DNA of 64,000 nucleotides, from the NCBI GenBank assembly GCA_038867615.1, contig JAWBYA010000004.1, forward strand, positions 1 through 64,000, read 5' to 3'. Each line of letters starts with the position of its first letter. Position 1 is the stretch's first letter. This stretch comes from Sulfolobales archaeon. Lineage in GTDB: Archaea > Thermoproteota > Thermoprotei_A > Sulfolobales > AG1. Shown here piece after piece: positions 1 to 8,570 of this stretch. The notes under the pieces were generated by a model. The model did not search any database. It saw only the letters and a program-made list of their open reading frames with translations, and was not told the origin of the DNA. Both the position numbers and the translations under genes were made by a program.

Positions 1-270
1 TTGCTCCTGGTTAAAGCTATCGAGATCGCCCAGAGCCTAGATCAAACTGCAGTTAGAGAGGCTTTCAACAAGCTTAACATAATGACGTTCTTTGGGTTAT
101 TCAGGATAGATCCTGCAACTGGTAAACAAATAGCCCACGAGATGGTTCTAACCCAGTGGCAGGGTGGGAAGCTGGTTATTGTATGGCCTTCAGACGCTGC
201 TGAGAAGAAGCTCTACTACCCACTCCCAACATGGGATGAGAAGAGAGCAGGCAAAACAACAACATACTAA
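1..270 (+). CDS. 3' end of a branched-chain amino acid ABC transporter substrate-binding protein (cut by window edge)
   Basis: Peptide is near-identical to the C-terminus of the SBP at 4653-5849 (KAIEIAQSLD...QWQGGKLVIVWP...KTTTY). Confidence 0.9.
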   Translation: MLLVKAIEIAQSLDQTAVREAFNKLNIMTFFGLFRIDPATGKQIAHEMVLTQWQGGKLVIVWPSDAAEKKLYYPLPTWDEKRAGKTTTY

Positions 271-278
271 CCCTTTTC
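142..278 (+). repeat. Left arm of 137-bp perfect inverted repeat (partner 4645-4781)
   Basis: Manual alignment: ATGGTTCTAACCCAG...CATACTAACCCTTTTC equals the reverse complement of 4645-4781 with no mismatch. Confidence 0.95.
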
Positions 279-299
279 TCCGGACATTGAATTGGCTGT

Positions 300-1217
300 C
301 TAAGTTATACCTGATAACTCTTCGATCAGTTTTAATACTGCAAAGTAGTCAAGATCTCCTTTACCGCTTTTATCGAGAGCCTCGAAGATCTGTCTGACGA
401 GCGAGGTTAGGGGCATAAATACCCCTAGCTCTTTTCCCACCTCTAATGCGTAGTCCAGATCCTTGATCATCTGTTTGGCTGTGAAGGCTGGTTTTGAGTA
501 GTCTTTCTCGAGGAGTGTTTTGAGCTTATAGCCTATCTGGGGTGATGCTACTGCGCTGCTTCCCAAAGCGTCTATAAGGGTTTTCCACTCGATCCCGGCT
601 TTCTCGCCTATCGTTAATGCCTCAGCAACGATCACTGGGGTAGTTGCTATTATGATGTTTATCAGGAGTTTTAGGTATCTTGCTTCCTCGCCGGAACCTA
701 CATAAAGGATCTTGCTGCCAATGTTTCTTAGAACGGGGAGCGCGTTTTCATAGGCAGCCCTATCGCCGGAGACATATATTGTTAGCTCGCCTCTTTCGGC
801 GAACAGAGTGCTACCGCTAATAGGGGTTCTTAGGTAATAGACACCCCTCCTAGCCGCCTCTTCGGCGACCTTTCTAGAGGCTGATGGTGTTACTGTGCTC
901 ATTTCTATGATCGTAGATCCTGGTTCCATCTTCCAGAGGATCCCCTTATCACCGAGGTATGTCTCTATAAGCTCTTTATCACCCGGGATCGATGATATGA
1001 CAGCATCAACACCTACACCCAGTTCCTCGTTAGAGCTCGCAACAACCGCCCCTAATCTGGCTAGCTCCTCTGCTTTTGCCTTCTCAGGGGTATAGATCTT
1101 AAGCTTATATCCTCCGATCTGGATCAATCGCTTAGCTATCGGCATGCCCATCTTACCCAAGCCCCTAAACCCTATCACTCTTATCTCCTTCGGAGACATC
1201 TGATCACCACTATTCAA
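300..1217 (-). CDS. NAD(P)-dependent 3-hydroxyisobutyrate / 2-hydroxy-3-oxopropionate dehydrogenase family protein (probable start ATG 1199)
   Basis: GxxGLGKMG Rossmann motif, EMSTV, PISGS, catalytic K in YLKLLIN, F...MIKDL. Confidence 0.85.
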   Translation of the reverse strand: MNSGDQMSPKEIRVIGFRGLGKMGMPIAKRLIQIGGYKLKIYTPEKAKAEELARLGAVVASSNEELGVGVDAVISSIPGDKELIETYLGDKGILWKMEPGSTIIEMSTVTPSASRKVAEEAARRGVYYLRTPISGSTLFAERGELTIYVSGDRAAYENALPVLRNIGSKILYVGSGEEARYLKLLINIIIATTPVIVAEALTIGEKAGIEWKTLIDALGSSAVASPQIGYKLKTLLEKDYSKPAFTAKQMIKDLDYALEVGKELGVFMPLTSLVRQIFEALDKSGKGDLDYFAVLKLIEELSGIT

Positions 1218-1281
1218 TAATATCGGGAGATTATATTGCTAATCTAGCTAAACAGTAAAAACTTACTGTTAGATTTGTTCA

Positions 1282-2004
1282 TCATATACCTATGAGCGAT
1301 CTCAATAAATCCCTGGATTTAGATGAGATCTCCTCATTAGTACCCTGGAGTATAATCCTCCCATGATCTATTAGATAGATATATTCGCTGATATCGATAG
1401 CCATCTTTACACTCTGTTCAACGAGTAAGAGGGATATTTTCTCGATCTCTCTAAGCTTGACTATGGCTTTAAGCACTTCGAGGGCTACTTTGGGAGCTAA
1501 TCCCTGGCTCGGCTCATCCATGAGGATAAGTCGTGGTCTTGTCATAAGCACTCTAGCTATTGCTAGCATCTGTTGCTCACCTCCACTCAGGGTTCCTGCT
1601 TTTTGATCTAGCCTCTCTCTCAATACGGGGAATAGTGTGAATACAAGGTCGAGGCTAGCATCAATATTATTCCTAGCCCTCTTAACCCTTGTGGCTAGTA
1701 ATAGGTTCTCCCTGACAGTTAGGTCTGGAAAGAGCCTCCTACCCTCTGGGACGATGTTTATCCCGAGTTCAACCTTCTTATGGGGAGGGAGCTTTGTGAT
1801 ATCAATACCTCCATATACTATCCTGCCCCTCCAGGGTTTTATGAAGCCCATTATAGTGTTTAATAATGTTGTCTTGCCAGCACCATTAGGCCCTAGGACA
1901 GATACAAACCCGCCCTCCAGTGCTCTAAGGCTGATTCCCCAGAGAACCTGTGTATCTCCGTAACCAGAATCTAGATCCACGACCTCAAGCAACAACTCCA
2001 ACAC
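1282..2004 (-). CDS. livF: Branched-chain amino acid ABC ATPase LivF
   Basis: GPNGAGKT, VPEGRRLF, LSGGEQQMLAI, DEPSQGLAP, LVEQ. Confidence 0.93.
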   Translation of the reverse strand: MLELLLEVVDLDSGYGDTQVLWGISLRALEGGFVSVLGPNGAGKTTLLNTIMGFIKPWRGRIVYGGIDITKLPPHKKVELGINIVPEGRRLFPDLTVRENLLLATRVKRARNNIDASLDLVFTLFPVLRERLDQKAGTLSGGEQQMLAIARVLMTRPRLILMDEPSQGLAPKVALEVLKAIVKLREIEKISLLLVEQSVKMAIDISEYIYLIDHGRIILQGTNEEISSKSRDLLRSLIGI

Positions 2005-2722
2005 CCAGGTAGATCTCTCTTAACTTCTCACTCATAAGAACCTCCTCCACGGGTCCCTCGAGCACGATCTCGCCTCTATGGAGAACTATAGCTCTCTCGG
2101 CAATCTTTGTCACAGCCCTCATCACATGCTCAACGAGGGACAGGGTTGCGACGTTATTCCCAGCTACGTCTCTTATGATCTTTGAGAGCCTGTCAATCTC
2201 AGCAGGGGGCATGCCGGCCATCACTTCGTCTAAGAGCAGGAGTTTCGGTTTCATAGCCAGAGCTCTAGCTAGCTCTAACAACTTCTTCTCAGACCCTGTT
2301 AGCTTTCCTGCAAGCTCGAATCTTTTATCATAGAGCCCTACATCCTTTAACACCTCGTCAGCGATCCTCAGAGCCTCCTCAACACTTAGGCCCTTGCCAG
2401 CAGTACCGAAGAGGGCTCCTACTGCTACGCTCTCTCTAACACTCAGACCCGGGAATGGTCTCGGTATCTGGAAAGATCTCCCTATACCTATTCTAGCTCT
2501 CTTATATGGTGGGTGATCTGTTATATCTTTTCCCTCAAAGAATATAGATCCTGTGTCTGGCTTGTAAACACCGCTTATAACGTTAAATAGTGTTGTTTTA
2601 CCGCTCCCATTGGGGCCTATGATTGCTACAAGCTCGCCCTTAGATATTTTTAAAGACACATTTCTCAAAGCTACAATGCCGCCAAATCTCTTGGTTATAT
2701 TCTTAACCTCTAATAGTGTCAT
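1985..2722 (-). CDS. livG: Branched-chain amino acid ABC ATPase LivG
   Basis: KRFGG, GPNGSGKTTLFN, RSFQIPRPF, LLDE, VEH, YLG terminus. Confidence 0.93.
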   Translation of the reverse strand: MTLLEVKNITKRFGGIVALRNVSLKISKGELVAIIGPNGSGKTTLFNVISGVYKPDTGSIFFEGKDITDHPPYKRARIGIGRSFQIPRPFPGLSVRESVAVGALFGTAGKGLSVEEALRIADEVLKDVGLYDKRFELAGKLTGSEKKLLELARALAMKPKLLLLDEVMAGMPPAEIDRLSKIIRDVAGNNVATLSLVEHVMRAVTKIAERAIVLHRGEIVLEGPVEEVLMSEKLREIYLGVGVVA

Positions 2723-2727
2723 AGACC

Positions 2728-3726
2728 CTACCCCAACACCTCTCTAATAGTATGGCTCTTAATATATGTCCTTATATGTCCCAACAAGCCGTATGGAAAT
2801 GCGATGGCAGCTGTTATGAGGAGTAGTGAGAATATCAGGAGCTGGGATCCCGGGATTAGGACTCCGAGGTAGTATTTGGCTAGAGTATATAGTGTTCCAC
2901 CTATTATGGGGCCGAAGAGTGTTCCCCTACCTCCTATCATTACCACTATTATAGCCTCTATAGTGTATGTTATATTAAAGGCCTCGGGAGGGTAGATGGC
3001 GATTATCTTAAGCCCCCAGGCAGATCCTATCAGGCTACCAAATATAGCACTTATTATAAACGCTGTCACCTTATAGGCTGTTGTGTTGATCCCCATGACT
3101 CTCGCAGCAGCCTCATCTTCTCTGAGGGCTGCTAATCCATAGCCGATCCTGCTGTTCTTAAGGATCCACGTAACAATAGCCGCTGTAGCCGCCGTGAATG
3201 CTAGGAATGTATCGGCATAGACTGTGGTGATATAGCTGAAACCCTCATCACCAAATAATGTTCTGAGATCCCTTGCCATTATCAGACCCTCTCCCCCGCC
3301 CCATATCTTGGCACCCTCTATCAAGTATCTAAGCCCCTCATTAACACCCACTGTTGCTATAGCGAAATACGCTCCCCTCAATCTCAGAGCAACGCCCCCC
3401 ACTGCTAGAGCCACCGCACTTGCTAGCATGACTGCTTGGAGAGGTCCGAGCACAAGGGCTAGTTCTGGAGGAAGTCCTGAGGCTGCTACATATTGTACTG
3501 CAAGTCCTCCTCCATACATCCCGAGTGCTAGGAATGCCACATAGCCGAAATCAACGTATCCAGTCATGCCGAGGAATATGTTGAAGGCCTGTCCAAGTGC
3601 TGTGTAGAATATTATTAGCGTGACTAGCTGGCTATACTCGGGGTAAAGCTCTCTCACACCCCATATTGATATGTAGAAGGCGAGGGCAACAAGGATCTGG
3701 ATCCAGTGTGGTCTCACCACGCTCAC
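2728..3726 (-). CDS. livM: Branched-chain amino acid ABC permease LivM
   Basis: GMTGYVDFG, LRLRGAYFAIAT, ALREDEAAARVMGIN, GGRGTLFGP. Confidence 0.92.
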   Translation of the reverse strand: MSVVRPHWIQILVALAFYISIWGVRELYPEYSQLVTLIIFYTALGQAFNIFLGMTGYVDFGYVAFLALGMYGGGLAVQYVAASGLPPELALVLGPLQAVMLASAVALAVGGVALRLRGAYFAIATVGVNEGLRYLIEGAKIWGGGEGLIMARDLRTLFGDEGFSYITTVYADTFLAFTAATAAIVTWILKNSRIGYGLAALREDEAAARVMGINTTAYKVTAFIISAIFGSLIGSAWGLKIIAIYPPEAFNITYTIEAIIVVMIGGRGTLFGPIIGGTLYTLAKYYLGVLIPGSQLLIFSLLLITAAIAFPYGLLGHIRTYIKSHTIREVLG

Positions 3727-4616
3727 CTCCTCATAAGCCCCTCAGGCTTTCCGAGTAGGATGATTATTAGGAGTGTGAAGCCTAGGAAGAGTGCTAGTGA
3801 AGCGGGGCTGGGCGAGCCCATCTGGCTGAATACATATGTTGTTCCCGACTCTATAACCCCGAATATAAGGCCTCCGAAGAAGGCTCCTAAAGGCGATCCC
3901 AGGCCTCCTAGTACTGCTATTATGAATGCTTTTAACGTGTAGGGGTGCCCCATATATGGATAGATCCCGGTTGGGTTGTATAGCGTTAGGAGAACACCAC
4001 CAAGAATCGTTAGGCCTAGACCTATTCCCAGGCTAACCGCATATATTCTTTGAACATTGATCCCGCAGATATATGCACCAACAGGATCCTGGACCACAGC
4101 TCTAAGAGAGGTTCCCACTCCTGTTTTATAGAGAAATGTGAATAGAGCTAGGACTGTTGCAATGCTTAACACTGCTGCTAATATTGATGATAGCTGGAGC
4201 CTTAAACCCATATAGGGTATTGCGCCTATATACCATGTGTAGCCTCTGTAATCAACACCCCAGAAGAGCTTGGCAATCTCTTCTATAAAGACTCCTATGC
4301 CGAATGTTGCTATAAGTGATGAGAGCTCTGGAGCGTTGAGAAGTCTTCTGAATACTGTGTAGAAAAGCATCATCCCTATCCCAAACCCTAATAAGAACGC
4401 GACAACGATCGCCCCGATTGGGATAACCCCATATAGTGTGAGCAGCCAGTAAGCTGTGTAAGCACCAGCCATTATCAATGCACCGTGGGCTACATTGACT
4501 ATCCTCATAACACCAAAGATCAGGCTGAGACCGAGAGTTGAGACACCATATATAGATCCAAGTATAATACCAGAAGTGACATTGAATAAGAGACCTTCAA
4601 CAGCCATGGAGACCAC
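3723..4616 (-). CDS. livH: Branched-chain amino acid ABC permease LivH
   Basis: LGLSLIFGVMRIVNVAHG, LRAVVQD...GIN, VLGGLGS. Confidence 0.92.
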   Translation of the reverse strand: MVSMAVEGLLFNVTSGIILGSIYGVSTLGLSLIFGVMRIVNVAHGALIMAGAYTAYWLLTLYGVIPIGAIVVAFLLGFGIGMMLFYTVFRRLLNAPELSSLIATFGIGVFIEEIAKLFWGVDYRGYTWYIGAIPYMGLRLQLSSILAAVLSIATVLALFTFLYKTGVGTSLRAVVQDPVGAYICGINVQRIYAVSLGIGLGLTILGGVLLTLYNPTGIYPYMGHPYTLKAFIIAVLGGLGSPLGAFFGGLIFGVIESGTTYVFSQMGSPSPASLALFLGFTLLIIILLGKPEGLMRR

Positions 4617-4644
4617 ACTACATAGGTAATTAATTATGTGGGAG

Positions 4645-4781
4645 GAAAAGGGTTAGTATGTTGTTGTTTTGCCTGCTCTCTTCTCATCCCATGTTGGGAG
4701 TGGGTAGTAGAGCTTCTTCTCAGCAGCGTCTGAAGGCCATACAATAACCAGCTTCCCACCCTGCCACTGGGTTAGAACCAT
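4645..4781 (-). repeat. Right arm of 137-bp perfect inverted repeat (partner 142-278)
   Basis: Direct alignment with 142-278. Confidence 0.95.
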
Positions 4782-5849
4782 TTTGTGGGCAAGCTGCTTA
4801 CCAGTTGCAGGATCTATCTTGAATTCGCCGAGTAGTGTCATTAGATGCATTTTGTTGAAAGCCTCTCTAACCGCTGATGGGTCTAGGCTCTGGGCGATCT
4901 CGATAGCCTTAACTAGGAGAAAAACAGCTGCAGCTGCTGAGCCCGAGTGCTGATCCGGCAGGATCTTTGGATCCCCTGTCACACTGCTAAAGAGCGACAT
5001 GAATTCCTCTATAGTGGGTCCAAACCATTCTAAGTCCATCCTCTTAGCCAGATCTGGCGTGTACTTTACCCCGATTTCCCATGGTGAGGGACACACTATG
5101 CCTTCTGCTAGAGTTTCGAAGGTTTTGTAATACTCAGAGAGGCATGGCCCTATTGACATTGCTATTAGCTTGAAGTTAACCCCAGCATCTGCGAGCTGCT
5201 TGGTGATTAGCCGAGCATCAACATAGTGGGTGGTTACTATCAGTGCATCAGCACCCACGCGAGCAAGCTCTGCTATGTATGGGCTGAAGTCGTTAATATT
5301 AGCTGGATATGATTTCGTATAGACGACATTAAGCCCCAGCTCCTTAGCCTTTGCTATAGTACCAGGTCCAGCTTCGGTGCCGTATTCATCTTCCTTATAA
5401 AGTACGGCGACCTTCGCGCCTGGATCTATAGATTTGAGGGCTTCGAGGGCTGTGAGGAAGAACATAGAGGAATGGGTCCGGATGTTCACTACGTACTTGA
5501 AGCCTTGAGTATACATTTTATCGGTAGAAGTTCCCCAGTTCACTAGAAGCATTTTGTATTTCTCAGTGACTGTAGCCTCGGCAAAGACCAACGAGCCTGA
5601 GTATGTTGATAGTAGGAAGTGTACTTTGTCTACTGTTATTAGTCTTTCTGTGTAGCTTATTACGTTCTCTTTCTTGGACTCGTCATCGTAGTATTTAACT
5701 TCGAGGGGTATCTTCTTACCATATAGATTAACACCACCATAAACCTCATTAACCCACTTAACAGCAGCCATAATACCTCGGAAACCGCTTCTACCAGACT
5801 CGGCCTGGGCGCCTGAGAGGGCTATTGGAAAGCCGATTACAATCACCAT
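4653..5849 (-). CDS. Liv-type (periplasmic binding protein type 1) substrate-binding protein core, lacking signal peptide / membrane anchor
   Basis: Starts directly at the first core strand IVIGFPIALSG; YYDDES, LITVDKVHFL; in-frame stops about 11 codons upstream; heads the liv operon. Confidence 0.88.
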   Translation of the reverse strand: MVIVIGFPIALSGAQAESGRSGFRGIMAAVKWVNEVYGGVNLYGKKIPLEVKYYDDESKKENVISYTERLITVDKVHFLLSTYSGSLVFAEATVTEKYKMLLVNWGTSTDKMYTQGFKYVVNIRTHSSMFFLTALEALKSIDPGAKVAVLYKEDEYGTEAGPGTIAKAKELGLNVVYTKSYPANINDFSPYIAELARVGADALIVTTHYVDARLITKQLADAGVNFKLIAMSIGPCLSEYYKTFETLAEGIVCPSPWEIGVKYTPDLAKRMDLEWFGPTIEEFMSLFSSVTGDPKILPDQHSGSAAAAVFLLVKAIEIAQSLDPSAVREAFNKMHLMTLLGEFKIDPATGKQLAHKMVLTQWQGGKLVIVWPSDAAEKKLYYPLPTWDEKRAGKTTTY

Positions 5850-5957
5850 TCTTAGGTTACAGATTTCATAATAGAAAAAGTATTATTAGTCATTCATTAT
5901 AATAGTACAATTACATCTCACCTAAAACATGTTTCTATGTTTTTAATTATATCATTA

Positions 5958-6035
5958 ACATCACTGATGTAAAATAGTCTAGTAAGGACAATAAAAGTAT
6001 ATAAGGTATGTTTTTAACTGTGTTTTTGAGGTGGT
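5958..6035 (+). promoter_or_regulatory. Archaeal promoter for ORF 6039: palindrome ACATCA-C-TGATGT (5958-5970), BRE/TATA-like AAAAGTATATAAG (about 5993-6005), RBS GAGGTGG
   Basis: Motifs read directly in an AT-rich intergenic region at plausible spacing from ATG 6039. Confidence 0.6.
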
Positions 6036-6038
6036 GGT

Positions 6039-6287
6039 ATGGGTATGACTGGTTTGTCTAGGATTGTTGCGGTATTCTCTGTGATTGTTGTTGTTGTGGC
6101 TATAGCAGCATTCTTCGGCGGTATGTATGCTGGGAGACCCGGTACCCAAGCACCAGCAATACAAACAGTCACTGTATCAAACATAGCTACTGTTACACGA
6201 ACCATTACCCAGACAGTAATGCAAACACCAACCACAACAACACAAACGCAACCTCCTACACCACCCATGCCTCTCCCCAGCAAGTAG
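6039..6287 (+). pseudogene. Orphan N-terminus of an SBP: TM/signal helix plus Thr/Pro-rich linker; stop codon supplied by the adjacent mobile element
   Basis: Same architecture as the N-terminus of SBP 15152-16510; TAG 6285-6287 lies inside the repeat end GTAGCCAGCTG. Confidence 0.75.
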
Positions 6288-6538
6288 CCAGCTGTTCCGG
6301 GTTTCATGATGGTTTATAGGGGTTGATATTGGATTTGTCTCTGTGAAACATTACGTGGGCTCTATTATTCCTATGGGATGCCTGTCAAACAATGGGAGGT
6401 AAAGATAAAGACCGAGTAGGTGGGTTAAAAGAGATCCAGGATGTGGGGGTTTCCCCACAGCATTGAGCTGAGGCCGAGGAAGCCATGGGAAGAGCGGTTA
6501 ATATCAAGCAATATCAATGGCTATGAAGTTCGAACCCC
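6284..6538 (+). mobile_element. Non-autonomous repeat element copy A (internally deleted; tnpB-tail-like)
   Basis: Shares GTAGCCAGCTG..TTTCATGATGGTTTATA and CCAGGATGTGGGGGTTTCCCCACAGCA..GAACCCC with 12712-12986 (rc) and 19707-20081. Confidence 0.8.
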
Positions 6539-6919
6539 TGAAAAGCCTAATAAGTTATATGGGCTTCGATAAGGGAGGCATGAAAACTATGGAGGTAAGA
6601 GACTAACCTACTACCGGAGCCACATCGATCAATAACATGTGTCGGCAGGGGGTGCTCCGGTGGCTTAGCTGATAAAGGCTAGAGTCGAGCTTTGTTTTAG
6701 CTGATATTTTTATTATCAATAGCTCTTTCTCCTTAGTATCCACAAATATGTATGTTTGAAAACGCTAAGACTAAGCATTGTGGCTATGGATAGCCGAGTT
6801 CTACTAGGTTTCTAAATAGAATGCTGCTTCGTTTTTCATAGAATGGCATGCTAGTGTGAGTGGTTGGGTGCGTTTTTGAGGAATAATAGCTCTCCAGAAA
6901 CCATGTTAGTGGTGCGTCT

Positions 6920-8215
6920 ATGGTTATTCCTGAGGATCTTGGTATAAATGTTGGTGATATTGTTAGGATAAGGAAAAATGGCCTGGTGATCCAGGGTGTT
7001 GTTATGCCGAAGCATGCATACTCAGCACCAGATATCCTTGTGGTAAAACTTGAGAGTGGTTATAATATAGGGGTTTCGATAGATAGCAGTACATCTATAG
7101 AGATTATTGGTAAGAAGTCCGTTGAGCAGTTAGGTGTTGAGCAGTCTAGGGTTGCCGTGGGTACAGGTCCTGTGGTTAAGGTTATTGGGACTGGGGGTAC
7201 GATAGCCTCTAAGGTTGAGTACGAGACAGGGGCTGTTAGGCCGGCAATGACTTCGGAAGAGCTATTGGAAATAATACCAGAGGCTGGGGAGATAGCTAGG
7301 CTTGATGTTGAGATCATAATGAGCATACTCTCAGAGAACATGGAGCCTGAGTATTGGGAAAGGATTGCAGAGAGCGTGTATAGGGCTATGATGTCGGGCT
7401 ATGAGGGGGTTGTGATCACCCATGGTACCGATACTATGAGCTTCACTTCAGCGGCTATAGCCTTTGCGATCCAGAACATGCCTGTTCCCGCAGTCTTTGT
7501 GGGATCTCAGAGGAGTAGTGATAGACCGAGCACAGATGCTGCAACAAACTTTATAGGAGCGCTTCTAGCAGCTGCTAAAGCTCCTTTCGCAGAATCTGTT
7601 GTAGCGATGCACAGCGATACCTCGGACCTCGAGATAGCGATCCACAGGGGAACCAGAGTTAGGAAGATGCATACATCGCGGAGAGACGCATTCCAATCGA
7701 TAAACGCCCAGCCAATAGCAATGATCGATCCTTATAAGAGGGAGATAAGGATTACGAGCGGCGATTATAGGCATAGAAGCAAAAGAGAACCGATCCTCTA
7801 TAACGGTTTCGAGAAAAAAGTAGCACTGATCTATAGCTATCCAGGCATAGAGGCCGAGCTAATAGACACAATGGTTGATAAGGGCTATAAGGGGATAGTG
7901 ATAGCAGGGACAGGCTTTGGCCACGTACCCGAGAAGCTTGTTCCCTCCCTGAAGAGGGCGATAGAGAATGGCATCCCGGTAGCAATAACATCCCAGACGC
8001 TCTATGGCAGGGTGAACCTGGCTGTATATAGCACGGGGAGGGAGATGCTTAGAGCAGGGGTAATACCCTGCGAGGATATGCTCCCAGAGGTAGCTTATGT
8101 AAAGCTATCATGGATCCTTAGAAGGGCAAGAGATATGGGTGAGATTAGAAAACTAATGCTCACAAACATAGCTGGCGAGATAAGTCCGAGACATACTAAA
8201 AATCTTTACCGCTAA
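6920..8215 (+). CDS. gatD: Glu-tRNA(Gln) amidotransferase subunit D
   Basis: N-terminal KLESGYNIG domain, GTGGTIAS, HGTDTM, GSQRSSDRPS, RKMHTSRRDAF. Confidence 0.96.
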   Translation: MVIPEDLGINVGDIVRIRKNGLVIQGVVMPKHAYSAPDILVVKLESGYNIGVSIDSSTSIEIIGKKSVEQLGVEQSRVAVGTGPVVKVIGTGGTIASKVEYETGAVRPAMTSEELLEIIPEAGEIARLDVEIIMSILSENMEPEYWERIAESVYRAMMSGYEGVVITHGTDTMSFTSAAIAFAIQNMPVPAVFVGSQRSSDRPSTDAATNFIGALLAAAKAPFAESVVAMHSDTSDLEIAIHRGTRVRKMHTSRRDAFQSINAQPIAMIDPYKREIRITSGDYRHRSKREPILYNGFEKKVALIYSYPGIEAELIDTMVDKGYKGIVIAGTGFGHVPEKLVPSLKRAIENGIPVAITSQTLYGRVNLAVYSTGREMLRAGVIPCEDMLPEVAYVKLSWILRRARDMGEIRKLMLTNIAGEISPRHTKNLYR

Positions 8216-8570
8216 CTCAACGAGATCAGAACATCAAACCACACAGGTATTGCTCACTCTCCAGAACTATAGCGATGTCTATAGACTTTAACGCAACGCT
8301 AAAACCCGCCTATTGCCGGTTATAGTGCTTATTATGCTCTATGTTACTCTCTATGTTAAGCTTATAAGCTGATAGTTACAAATAAATGTGGGTGTAAATA
8401 TGAAAATTTTTAGGGATCGCTCGGTTCTGGTTTATTCTTACATATGTATGGGCTTATCTAAACCAATGGAGGGAGGATAGGCGTGGTGGAGGGCGCGCTT
8501 TATAGAACCGCAGATCTATTTTCAGAATGCTTGTTCTATGATCCTTTATTTATAGAGGGGGCCTGCAGCT

